From: the human T2T-CHM13v2.0 reference genome, Homo sapiens
DNA length: 64,000 nt
Direction: 5' to 3' (one strand)
Assembly: GCF_009914755.1 (NCBI RefSeq)
Contig: NC_060939.1
Made by a program: the position numbers and the translations under genes. Below, piece after piece: positions 1-12,033 of the stretch. The notes beneath the pieces were generated by a model. The model searched no databases, was not told where the DNA came from, and was given only the letters and a program-made list of their open reading frames with translations. Numbering within the stretch: position 1 is the stretch's first letter; the number at the start of each line of letters is the position of its first letter.

Positions 1-457
1 CTTACAAATGTGTCTGCTACCTGGGACAAGCCCAGAGCCAGATCACATCTTACTATCCAGAACGTGGTTGACAAATGTACCAGTTTCCCTTAGACACACA
101 GCATATTCCTTGCTGCAGTGTAATTGGATTTTTTTTAAAAAACTTTTTACTAGAAGATTCCATAGAAGAGGAACAGATGAGTGAGCGGTTGGGATCAGCG
201 TTGAGCCTCATAACTTTCTCTTCAGTGTCTGACTTGCATCTGTTCAAGTAGGTCTGTTTTATTAATGCTTACTGGCCTACAGCTATAGCCATAATATTAA
301 AGATACAATGTTAGCACAGCACTGACACATAGATTGTTTTCCATAGGAAAGAAATTAATGTTTGCATAGGATATTGAACCCCTGGCTTTCCTCCAACTTT
401 CTGGCCTCCATGTTCAAAGGCTGGATTAAAGATACAGATTACAAAGGGGCTCCTATT

Positions 458-562
458 ACCATTGAGAATGGGGTAGAGATCAATGAAAGTTAACCATTAC
501 GAATGGGGTAGAGATCTGTGAAAATTAACCATTAAGAATGGGATAGAGATCAATGAAAGCTA
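458..562. repeat. 35-bp minisatellite, 3 copies
   Basis: ACCATT(GA/AC/AA)GAATGGG(G/A)TAGAGATC(AA/TG)TGAAA(GT/AT/GC)TA at 458-492, 493-527 and 528-562, head-to-tail with no spacers. Confidence 0.9.
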
Positions 563-1312
563 GACTAGGGGTCTAAGGCTGAGATACCACCTCACCTCAA
601 TGTGAGACCAGACTTCCTCTGCATTGATCAATCCTCAAGCATCAGGTAATCCATATGGACTAGCAGGTACTTGGTAAAGAAGGAAACAAAGTGATCCCTT
701 GACTCATAAAACATCCAAACAGCTTTGTCAGGCAGGTGGCAGAATTTCATTTGTCATAAATGCTGGGGTCCTTTTGTCACTAAGAATAAGAGAATGTAGC
801 CACCTCAAGTTTGATCGAGGCCAACATTTATGCTCAAAATATTGTAGGATGGAACATTTAAATTCAGTTTCTACATAGCTGCCATCCTGTATACCAAGGA
901 CTCTGAAACCCCAGCCCAGGAGGCCCTTCTAAGCAGATGAGAACAATGAGAGTCTCAACCACAAGGGAAGGCGGGGGTTGAATGGGAAGGTCACAACCCA
1001 GTAACCTGGTCTGTGCTTCGGGGCAGGACTCCAGACAGATGAATAGAGAGGGCCTTAGAAACCAGAGGCCAGGTGGAGGGAAAGCTGCACCGATGGAGGG
1101 CATTCAGAATTGGGAGCCAGGGGACTGGAGGTGATACTGCTGCTGACTCCCCGAGATGTTCAGACTAGATGCTGCTGATAAAAGAAAACTGACTCCTCAG
1201 GAACTCCCTCTCCTGCGGGAACAAGTTCCTCTTGGGATTGGTTGCCATGAGTTCTGGGTCAGAGGGAGATTAGTCTGTGGCTGACCAGCCTGATTATGGT
1301 TTTCTTCTGGAG

Positions 1313-1536
1313 CTGGGCTTGGCAAAGTTATTCTGCAAAGAGTAGTAAGTATTTTTAGCTTTGTAGGCCATAGGCTCTGTCTTGCTATCATTCAACTCTG
1401 CCCTTGTAGCACAAAAGCAGCCACAGACAATACATGAACACTGGGTATGGCTGCATTCCAAAACAAGAAAATATATATTTACAAAAACAGGCAGTGGGCC
1501 AGATTTGCCTTGCAGAATGTAGTTGGCTGAGCACGT
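1313..1536 (+). mobile_element. MER58A (hAT-Charlie non-autonomous DNA transposon), copy 1
   Basis: GGCAAAG..TTCTG..TAGTAA.TATTTT.AGCTTTG..CAACTCTGCC.TTGTAGCAC.AAAGCAGCCACAGACAATAC..TTTACAAAAACAGGCAGTGGGCCAGATTTG matches the recalled MER58A consensus. Confidence 0.85.
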
Positions 1537-1544
1537 GTACTTTG

Positions 1545-1710
1545 GGCTCCCTAAGTCCTGGTTTCCTCATTTCTAAAATGGAATAATGATACCTATCTCT
1601 AGGGTTGTTGAAAGGTTTGAATGAATGGATGCATGCTAATCCTGCAGCATTATGCGTGGCACAATAATAAAAATAACAATAGCAATACAATCCGTATTGT
1701 CATTATTATT
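1545..1710 (+). mobile_element. MIR SINE fragment
   Basis: GTTTCCTCATTTCTAAAATGGAATAATGATACCTATCTCTAGGGTTGTTG is the MIR core. Confidence 0.8.
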
Positions 1711-2938
1711 ATTTTCCCATTCCTGGGCTAGGAAAAAGCATTCAGAGATCAATTCTGTCCACTCATCTCACTCACTGCACTTAATGAGCTCTCTTCTCAG
1801 ATCCATATAAGATAGGGTATATGGGTCAATTATCAAATTCCAACCTTTCTCTGTTCAAATGCATAAAAGCCCCATAACCAATCCCTGCCCACTCTTCCTG
1901 TGCTCACTGAGATCTTGTCTAGCTCATTCTTCTGCAGGCATCCTGGCTGCCACTCAACAATGGACTTACTAAGAAAACCTGAGTCATAGTACCCCAACCT
2001 GGATGGAAAGAGTATGACAGGTGCCCAGCCCTGCCCCATTTTCTAAGTGGATAGCACCAAACTGAAGGGATTGCTAAACAGTGTGTCACTAGTCTTGGCC
2101 GGCATGCTCTTCCATGCAGAAGAGATTGGGCAGATAACCATCTCTTCTGGAGGATATTAAGTTGTGTTCTTGGAGATGAGAGGATGAACTCAGTTGACCT
2201 CTTAGGACAGACTTTCTTGTCAAAGGATACTTGGAATCTCTCCTTCCTGTTACCGCTGGGGAAGGGATAAGTAGAAGGTAATGAAGCATGAGCCTCCCCT
2301 ACAGGAAGGAAACACACTAGGCATCTCCAAGTCCAGTTAGAACTTTGCCATCCACTGTGAGCAGGCTCACCCTCTGACCCTGGGAGACAATGAGATTTAT
2401 CTATATCTTGTAACCATCAGTGATTAGAAACACATCCAGACAAAGAAGCCCAAGGGACACTTACTGCTCCATAATTTAACAGCTTCTCTCCGGACACTCC
2501 TTTGGATTATTTAAATTGCATTTTTTTCCAAGATACCGTGACCTCCCCATCTCATGAAGTGTGTTTACCAACCTTCTTCTCTCTTCTCACATTCTTCTTT
2601 CTCCCTAAGGTCAAAGCTAAAAATGGTGACATTTCTAATGACACATGTCTGTGTTTTAAAACGGAGTTACCCCCATCATGGATAACCCAGCCTCCACATC
2701 CACCTCATGTTGATGTTGAGGAAAAACAAAGAACACTGGAAAGTGTAAACTGCGTCTGTTCTGGAACAGAAAATACCTCCAAGAGGGACTGATTTCCACA
2801 TGGAGTTTAGTAGCTCAGTGATGCCACCCACAAAAGCAGATCCTGTGTTTGCTTTTGTGTCATGAGACTCTGGAGACAGAATGAAGACATGCTTTTATGC
2901 ATGCAGTATGATTTTGTGATTAGGGTTTTGTTCCTGGG

Positions 2939-3153
2939 CTGGGCTTGACAAAGTTCTTCTGCAAAGAGTAGTAAATATTTTAATCTTTGCAAGTCATAGG
3001 GTCTGTCTTGCTATCATTCAACTCTGCCCTTGTAGCACAAAGGCAGCCACAGACAATACAATGGGCATGGCTGCATTCCAAAACAAAACCTTTGTTTACA
3101 AAAACAGGCAGTGGGCCAGATTTATGTTGCAGAATGTAGTTGGCTGACACCTG
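2939..3153 (+). mobile_element. MER58A, copy 2
   Basis: Close copy of 1313-1536; ends GTAGTTGGCTGACACCTG (TIR-like). Confidence 0.85.
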
Positions 3154-5269
3154 TTCTGGAGAAAAATACTCTTTTCTCCACAAGGCCATCCCTCCTATCC
3201 ATCAAGCTTCTTGTTCATGGCCCAATGCGGGTGCTCCTCGGTACTTCTATTTTCCTCCTTTCTCCTTCGCTTTTCTTTCTCTGCTCCTTTCTTTGTTTCT
3301 CTCTTCTATATCTTCAATCTCTTTCTGTTTTTCTTGTAAAGCACTTGCCCACCACATTGTAATGTAATCATCTGCACCCAGATCTGTCCTCTACTGGACT
3401 TCCTTAAGGCTCTGTTTCTGAGAGTTTGTAGTTTTCTGCAATGCTTTATAGGCAGTAGGTGCTCGTTCAATGTTAGCTAATCAGCCTGCTCAACTGGGAC
3501 ATTTTACTCCTTTTCCTGAATGCCTGGTCTTCCTCCCATAACCTCCACAGCAGCTGTGTTTCAGGAGCAGCTCCTCCTCTCTGTTTGGAGCTCTCAGTGT
3601 TGGAGGAACAGCCACTGGGATGGGATTCTCTGAGTCCAGGAACCTTCAGCAGCTGGTCCCCGCCTGAAGAGAGAGCTGCTGTTCCAGTTCACAGCACACC
3701 TGGTTGTGACAGGAGAACAAAGGAGCCCTGGCAGGAGCATGAGTCAGACCAAGAGGGGGCGAAAGCCTTTTGGTGAAGGTCCCAGAAGGCAGAAGTCTTT
3801 TCATAGGGCTCGGGTCAGAGGTGTTCCACCCAAGAGGATGTCTGGCAGGTGGCAGCTTCCTTTCTGCACTCTTGCCCCATTCATCCTCTCTTTGGCCCTC
3901 ATCTCTTCAAGAGAAGGACTCCTTCCTCCTGTTTTGCAAAATGACTAATTTTCATTTATGCCAATCTAGTTGACAGACCCAGGTCAACGCAGGGCTAAGG
4001 TAAGTGTCTGACTTCACAAGCCCCTGGGGCAGCAGCTCCTCTGATGGTTATAAAGAGCTGCTCAGGAGATGTTGGGCCTCCCCACATGGTCTTTTTTTGG
4101 GAAAGAACTTACCTGCTGAGTGTGCATCTTAGAGGCCTGCTGTGCTTTTGGCTCCAGAAATGGTGTCATCTGGGGCTTGGCCTGAGTCCAGGTTGCTCTT
4201 GGTCTCCTTCAGTGAGACATTTCCCCCTCCCACTCCTCCTTGCCCTCTTGCTAGTTTCACAGATGCACCAACACATCCATTTTTAATCTGACCAAATCAA
4301 TTACAAATGTTACAGATTGTAATTACCGAAGGAACTCCCAAAAACTAATTATGTAATATGCAATCCCCACAATAAATTACACCTTTCCTTTGGCTTGATG
4401 TTCCAGAAAACTGTTTTCTGAGGAGGCAGAGAAAGTGTTGCTCATCTCTGCCAGGGATGCTCACGAAACGGCTCTTTATTTAGCTCCGCTGCATGTTTGT
4501 GGGTGTTTGTCAGAGGTGGCCACAGGCTTCGTGCCAGGGCTCTGGGCAGCAGCCATATCATCTTTTGCCACCATAGGGGATGTTGCCAGAATACCCATGG
4601 GACCATGTCTTCTTGTCATTCCACCACCAAGAGAAACTTCAGTTTCCTTGGGCAAAAATCTGGGAGTTCTGGTAACGGAAAGCAAATAGCAGATGCAGGA
4701 GATGCTTAAAAAGGAAAGAGAAGCAATGTGTTAACCTTGGCCTGAGACTAGTGGAGTCCTGTTAAGTGATGGATCACTAGAGCGTTCCTCAGCAACAGTG
4801 CCTGTCAGAGAAGAAATCCAGAGCCGACATTTACATTTTTCTTTTCTTGTTTTCTTTTCACTATCATCAGACAATGGAATCTCCGAGCTTGCTGAATCTC
4901 AGCTTTAGGTACCAATAAAGGCTTTCCTTGACCTAAATGCATTTGAAAATCACACTATAAAATTATGTCAGTGATAAAGTAAGAAATTCACTCATTTAGA
5001 GGACTCATAGCCTCAGAGTTGCAGACCCTTCACTGGGAGCTGCCATTCATGTGAAATGCTATTCATAACTCTTAATAAAATAATCAGGATTAAAGGGGAA
5101 ACAGGGAGCAAACTTGTAAACATCTCAGGCATGGAGCAGGGGATGGAGAAGTTTAGGAACAATTGCTTATGTCAGGAGGGCCAAGGAAGGCTGACAGAAA
5201 AGAAAACGTTCTTTGAGTCTCAATAGTAGTGAGAGGGTTCCCAGTGAGGAGTGAGCTTGGGGTTTTTCC

Positions 5270-5527
5270 TGTGTGTCTATGTATGCACGGGGGTGGTATG
5301 TGTATGTGGCAGTGACTATGTGTGCATATACATGTGCACATGCAGATGTGAATTGTGTGCATGTGTGTATGCATGTGTGTGGATGTGAGTGGGTGTGGAT
5401 GTGAGTGTGTACATGTGTGCATTTCTGCATTTGTATATGTGTTGCTGGGTATGGGTGTGTGTGCATATGTATGTGGGTGTACATGTGTGTATATGCCTCT
5501 GTGTGTGTGTGCACGTGTGTGTGTGTA
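5270..5527. repeat. Degenerate (TG)n/(TGCA)n low-complexity repeat
   Basis: ~260 bp of GTGT/GTAT/GTGC alternation; source of the His/Thr-rich and Cys/Val-rich ORFs at 5153-5624. Confidence 0.9.
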
Positions 5528-6276
5528 TAGGGACATCAAAACACACAAGATAAGAACCCTTTACTCTTCTCCTGCAGCCTTGGCCTTTACTTCCCTGTTA
5601 CAGCCTCCGTGGTTCTTACTGTAGATTCCCATTGAACTGACCGCCTCCTCTCCTAGGAGGGCCAGGGGAGGGGGCGTCTGTGTGTTCTTCAGGTGCACAC
5701 CCAGCCCTGAGCCTGCCTCCTGGTAAGTGCTAGCTCAGTGTCTGCAGAGCGGTGGAACTGCACCCCACACTGATGGGATGGGGGACAGTTAGTGTGCATG
5801 GCGGGCAGTTCTCATCTCACCTCCTTCCTCACCAGACATGCTAAGTTCCATTTTGCAACATGGGGAGTCTAGGTTTTGTCACTTGTTTTTTGAGCATTTG
5901 TTTTTAAGACAGAAATGCAATTTTTTGAATTAGCATGGACCCAATTCTGGCATATAGAATAAAGTCTATAGAAATCTGAAGAAACTTTTCTTTTTTCAAA
6001 ATTCTTGACATCGGAAGAAACCTCGTGGAATGCTCTCAGTGTCTTTTACTGCAAACCTCCACATCCTCCTGGTGATTCTCACGTTCTCGCCTCTCATGTC
6101 CACTTGGTAATCTGTCATTTTAGTTTGGAAATGATTCAGGAACCTACTCAATCTCTCTTTGTAAAGCTGCTTTTATGAAAACAGTCATTCCTCCTTGCCT
6201 GTGTCACCACAAAATTGCTAGCTTGGTTTCTTTTTCCATTTCCCTTATTTCATTCTGTACACCTTGCCGAGGTTAC

Positions 6277-6755
6277 TGTATTACTCTGTCTTGTACTGGT
6301 ATAAAGAAATACCTTTACATGGCCAGGGGAGGAGGAAGATGGCAGAGGGGGTAGTGCTATTTATTTATTTATTTAAGATAGGGTCTCACTGTGTCACGCA
6401 GGCTGGAGTGCAGTGGGGTGCTCTCAGCTCACTGCAACCTCCGCCTCCCGGGTTTTAAGCAATTCTCCTGCCTCAGCCTCCCAAGTAGCTGGGATTACAG
6501 CTGTGTGCCACCACGCCCGACTAATTTTTGTATTTTTAGTAGAGATGGAGTTTTGCCATGTGGGCTAGGCTTACATACTTTTAAATAAACAGATCTCATG
6601 AGAACTCACTCACTAGGTAGTACCAAAAGGGGATGGTGGTAAACCATGAGAAACTGTCCCCACGATCCAATTGCCTCCCACCAGCGCCCACCTCCAACAC
6701 TGGGGATTATAACTGAACATGAGATTTGGTGGGGACACAAATGCAAACCATATCG
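6277..6755 (-). mobile_element. MSTA/MSTB (ERVL-MaLR) solo LTR, internally deleted and interrupted by an Alu
   Basis: Begins TGTATTACTCTGTCTTG..TATAAAGAAATACC and ends CATGAGATTTGGTGGGGACACAAATGCAAACCATATC; 5-bp TSD GTTAC at 6272-6276 and 6756-6760. Confidence 0.85.
6360..6571 (-). mobile_element. 5'-truncated Alu (AluS-like) nested in the MST LTR
   Basis: (TTTA)n tail, then GGGTCTCACTGTGTC..CAGGCTGGAGTGCAGTGG..CCTCAGCCTCCCAAGTAGCTGGGATTACAG..TAATTTTTGTATTTTTAGTAGAGA. Confidence 0.95.
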
Positions 6756-7184
6756 GTTACCTTTCAGTAAGAAGATCTACTTGCATTAAATGGGAAACTA
6801 TGAAATTGCCCGTATCCAACCTCTCTTGACCTGCAAAAATTCGCGGTCTAACACAGGTCACCATGACACGGCTACCTAGTTCTCGAGTCTGTGTTGGCCT
6901 CTCATGACAATGGTTTTTTGAGAAGAACTTGCTGTACTTTGTTTCCTAATCACTTCCTCAGAATTAAATAAGTGGGGTGGTATCCAAAATCTCACGTCCC
7001 ATCGATGTCATTTGCTGGGTAACCAACAGTGAAGATCAGATATTTACCTCTGAAATGCGATGTTCAAATCAAATAATAAAACATCTCTATGTACACATTT
7101 TATGCCTCTTTGTAATATCAATTGAATTCTATCCTTTCTGAAGTCACTACACCATTTCTCCCAGTAAAAAATTGTCTGCCAAAT

Positions 7185-7400
7185 CTGAGTTGGTTCTGAC
7201 ACTACTAATTTTGAGTTGAGTGACCTTAGATAAATCACTCACCTTTTTAAGCTTCACTGTTTTTCATATAAAATTTAGATATATTAATAATAGTTAACCA
7301 ACTGGGCTTGTCTGAAAATTAAAGTAAAAGTGCATATAAAATGGTCTGTAGGGTTATTTGCACCTACTAAGTTCTCCATGGAGTTGAGTTGGCATTATTT
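7185..7400 (+). mobile_element. MIR fragment
   Basis: GAGTGACCTTAGATAAATCACTCACCTTTTTAAGCTTCACTGTTTTTCATATAAAAT resembles the MIR core. Confidence 0.6.
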
Positions 7401-8199
7401 TTCTGGATCAATTCAAGGCCAACTCTGTTTGGATCAGTCTTGTCTGGACCCTTTCTGATACTCTGTAACTAAACGACAACTCACTGGAGGCATTTTCTCT
7501 AAATCCTCCTAAGTCTGAGAGGAGAGAGAGGTCTTTATTAAAAAAACTAGACAGGAACCTAATGGAAATCTTTTCTCTCTTTTCTTTTTAAAAACATATT
7601 TCCAATGAAAATAGTACTAGAATTTTCTTACACTTACATAAGTTTATGTGGAGAAATTTCAAACAGATTTTTAAAATATGAGTGATTCTTGCCAGAGATG
7701 TGAATTGTGAAATGAATTTAGAGGAGTTGCAGAGTTGCTTGGTAGTTAGTATTCTTCACTTTACTTTATGAGAAAATATTGGTATTGCATTAAGTTTTTA
7801 ATAGCACATCTAATTATATCCTCATTAATAGATGTCAAATATTATTATTTAAAACATTGCTTCCATTAATTATGTTTTTTAAATTAAACAGCTAATTTTG
7901 AACAAGTTATATTTAAATAATTACATCTAATGCTAATAAAATGGAGTGTGCTTCAGCATCTTCTTTAGAAACACAACATAAAATGACCTGTAAAATTAAG
8001 TCTGATTTTCTTTCCTTGGCTAACCAGCTCCTCAGCTTCAGGCCTCCCTCTTCCTAGCTTCAAGTCCCACCAGAATCCACACACAGCTTACACTTCCAAC
8101 ACCAGCATTCGCTGTGCACACTATGGTCTCCCATAATGCAGGATTTTGTGTGTGTGTGTCTTCTCCCTGTAGTGTCCATTCTTTGCTTCTGAACCTGGA

Positions 8200-8545
8200 G
8201 AAAATCTCACGTGTTCCTCTTTAGAGACACCTTTCCTGCCTCCCCCTGACAGAGTTACTGATTCCATCTGCTGAGCTCCTAGGGTGCATTGCCTGTTCCT
8301 CTGCTAGAACATTCACCAAACTCTACCGTAATTGATCTCCAAGCCCATCTCGCCCCGACTCCACTCCTAGGCTCTTTTCTATTCCTGTGCCCAGTAATAT
8401 CCCTAGCACATGGTAGGTAGGTGGAAGAAAGGTTGCTTTTCTTTCCTTCTTCCATTTTTTTTCTAAATTAATGAATAGATAAATAAAATTTGTAGACTAA
8501 TGATATATGTTTGTTGAATGAATGGATAAATTAAATGAATTAGTG
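8200..8545 (+). mobile_element. L2 3' end fragment
   Basis: CCTTTCCTGCCTCCCC..CTAGCACATGGTAGGTAGGT..TTTGTTGAATGAATGGATAAATTAAATGAAT tail. Confidence 0.6.
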
Positions 8546-8623
8546 ACTGTAAGAATTTTAGTGCATTTAGGATTTATATGGCCTAGGCACACTGGGTAAC
8601 AAATCAGAACCAGAATATGTATA

Positions 8624-9218
8624 CAGTAGTCCCTCCTTTCCATGAGGGATAAGTTCTACGACCCCCCAGTGGATGCCTGAAACTGCAGATAGTACTGAAC
8701 TCTATATATACTATGCACTAATTGTTTTTCTTCTGAGACCCATGGATAGAATATTCATCCTTACCATAGATCTTAGAAACTTCAGCATATCTTTTCTTTC
8801 CTCATTAAGTTGAGAACTTTCACCTTTTGACCTTACTACTACTCTTGGCACATCAGAATCACCAGCAACACTATTATTGCACTTTGGGGCCATTATTAAG
8901 TCCAACAAAGGTTAGTTGAACATAAGTACTTCAACATAATGACAATGGATCTGGTAACCAGGATGGCTGAGTGACTAATGGGCAGAATGGGCAGGTAGTA
9001 TACACAGGGTGGGTTCCCTGGACAAAGGGAGGATTCATGTTCAGGCCAGGATGGAGTGGGACGACACAAGATCTCATCACGCTACACAGACCTGTGCACT
9101 ATTTAAAACTTACGATTTGTTTATTCCTGGAATTTTCCATTCATTGTTTTTGGACCGAGGTTGACCTCATGTAACTGAAACCCTGGAAAGTGAAACTGTA
9201 GATAAAAGGAGACTACTG
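8624..9218 (+). mobile_element. MER44 (Tigger7-derived TcMar MITE)
   Basis: TIRs CAGTAGTCCCTCCTTTCC and GATAAAAGGAGACTACTG; internal CCCCCAGTGGATGCCTGAAACTGCAGATAGTACTGAAC; TA at the left flank. Confidence 0.85.
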
Positions 9219-9252
9219 CATTTTAAAATAAAAAAGTTAAAAACAAACTATA

Positions 9253-9599
<347 letters not shown>

Positions 9600-11939
9600 T
9601 CACAAAATGCCTCTCAGCGAGCTCTCGGATACGGAAGATGTGCTTTACTGTGCATTGTGCTTCTTCTCATGGTTGCTGTGTTGTTCAGTAATTAGTAAAT
9701 AAAAAAGAACTACCTAATAGAACATATGCTACCAGATGATGCTGAAACATCTATTTTACAATGCTATTTTTATTTACATTTAAAAAGCTTTTGAAATAAA
9801 TTATAATATATAACCTAGTTTAATTATATATAATGTGTAAAATAACTTTACATACACACATATACTGTTCTTTGTTATGATTCTTATAATACAATATCAT
9901 GGTTTTGTTAAGTATATTAATTCACTCCTTTCTTATACCAAGTTGCTGTAACATATTATGCATTATCTTAAATTATTTTATAATATTGTATGTGGCATAT
10001 AGTAATGAAATTACTATAGAACTGAATGTGGGATAAATTCAAATTTGTTTATCAGATTGGGGTAACCTCCCTCTGAAGGTACTGACAGCTTTCGCTCACA
10101 CATCTTGTGAAAAGACAAGGTTTTTCAGCAGCTGACTTGAACAATATGGGAGTCCATTCTAAATACTTCACAACTATTAAAATACCATACGTTGATTATT
10201 TACCTACTTAAAAGTAAAAAAGAGTGACACTCTCTATATCATGTTATATTTAATAAACATAAATGCTTCATTCTTATTTCACTTACACAGTGATTTCTCC
10301 CAATGATGTTTATAGTACTAGCATCTATGGCCATGCTACCTGACTGTAATATAATTTCATTGTCAGGAAAAATGTATGTGAAAAAAGCAATAAGATATAG
10401 ATAACTGTAAATGTGTTACTTCTAACTAAAATAGAATAAGACATCCACAAAATTATGGTTTTACTCCAGAGTCAATGGTAGGTGGTAGCATAACTTACTC
10501 CATGCTCTGAGCCCAAGAGCCATCTGGTTTTCTTCCTACAACTGAGACTGAAATTCATTGCTCTGTAAACTTCGAATCCCTGGGTGTTTCAGAAAGCAAG
10601 CAGATTTGATTTTGCTCTTACAACAAAAAGGCCTGTGTAAAGAATTCTTTTAGTCTGTAACAATAGCAACACTAAATCCTTTTATCTGAAACCTAAAGGC
10701 CTGATAGAAACATAGAATTTGGGAAACAGTTCCAAGATAACAAAATAGAGTCTTTAAATAGCATTGCTGATTTTTTGGTTTTTTTCATATAGCCTCTTAA
10801 ACATCCACCCCATCCTGCAAGTTTTGGACTTCTATCCATCTGTACTTTCTTTATCGAAACTGTAAACATCCTGTTCTCATACTTCATATGAAGTAAGAAG
10901 CAAAATAAAACACAAAGATAGAACAGACAGTAAAATAGCATACAAATGTTTGTAGTTTATATTAGTATATTTGCCTATGGCAAGTGTACTAAAATCATCT
11001 ATAAAATTGCCAATTAACTTGAAGTTATAGCAAGTTATTTTGGGAAGAAATGGCCCACGTTAGCACTATCACTTTTGCAGTTTAACAGTTTAAGGTATGA
11101 ATTCTCTTAAACACTCCTGCCCCTTCCATTTCTGTGTATGGTGTAATGAAAGCAGCAGAGATATTTGGTTATCCCTAATCTGGAAGTGGAGTGTATATTT
11201 CTCAAGTTTAAAGAAGAGAATTATTCTGCCTTTCTTTAATTAGCATTTGTTTTGGGCATATTCTATATATAAGACAAAGGATAAGAACCATAAGGATTAT
11301 GAATTAATAGAAATGTGTCTCTGGCTTCTAAGGGACCATACGGTGAATAAACGCATTAAAATCAAATGGGTAATTATTTCTAATCTGCATGATCATGGAT
11401 GTTTTTATGGAGCAGGTAACATTGGGTTTATTTTAAGCTGTGGTAGAGTTTTCAATTAGCCGTGGCAAGAAGGATGGCATTCCAGCTAGAGTCAGCTTGG
11501 ACCCAGTCGGAGAACAGCAAGGCCCCAACCATATTTGAGGAGAGGTGAGAGATCAAGTTAATTCTAATGAAGGGATTAGGTAGGACCATGTAGTTGAAAA
11601 CTCAGACGAAGAAATAAGTAAAGACGAGGTTTTGGAAGCTCCTTTCTCTCGCCAAGTGTGTAATACCAAGTCTCCAAAACAGAAGATGACACAGATCAAA
11701 GCTCTATTAACTTAAGGGGCAGAGAATGCCCAAGGTTAGTGGAATGCTCACAGAGTTCCCACAGTGAGAAGGTTTTGCTCATAATATGTGTCTAAGATAT
11801 TAACACTCAGTAAATTCCAATTAGACTGTTTATGTAAGGATTCTGATTCATAAACATAATTTATTAAAACAAATAGAAATAATAAGGTACATATATGTAA
11901 AGGTATATGTGTAAAGATATATATGTCTATCATTCTGCC

Positions 11940-12033
11940 ATCTATCCTCTGTCATTCCATCTATGCATATATCTATTTATGTATGTATCTATCTACCTAC
12001 CTATCTATCATTTATCTATCAAATCGATCTATC
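11940..12033. repeat. Degenerate (TCTA)n tetranucleotide repeat
   Basis: ATCTATCTACCTACCTATCTATCATTTATCTATC. Confidence 0.7.

Noticed and set aside
458-562. CRISPR-like 35-bp periodicity
   Set aside because: Units are contiguous with no unique spacers, there are no cas genes, and the context is mammalian
5153-5624. His/Thr-rich and Cys/Val-rich ORFs
   Set aside because: Translations of a degenerate TG/CA repeat
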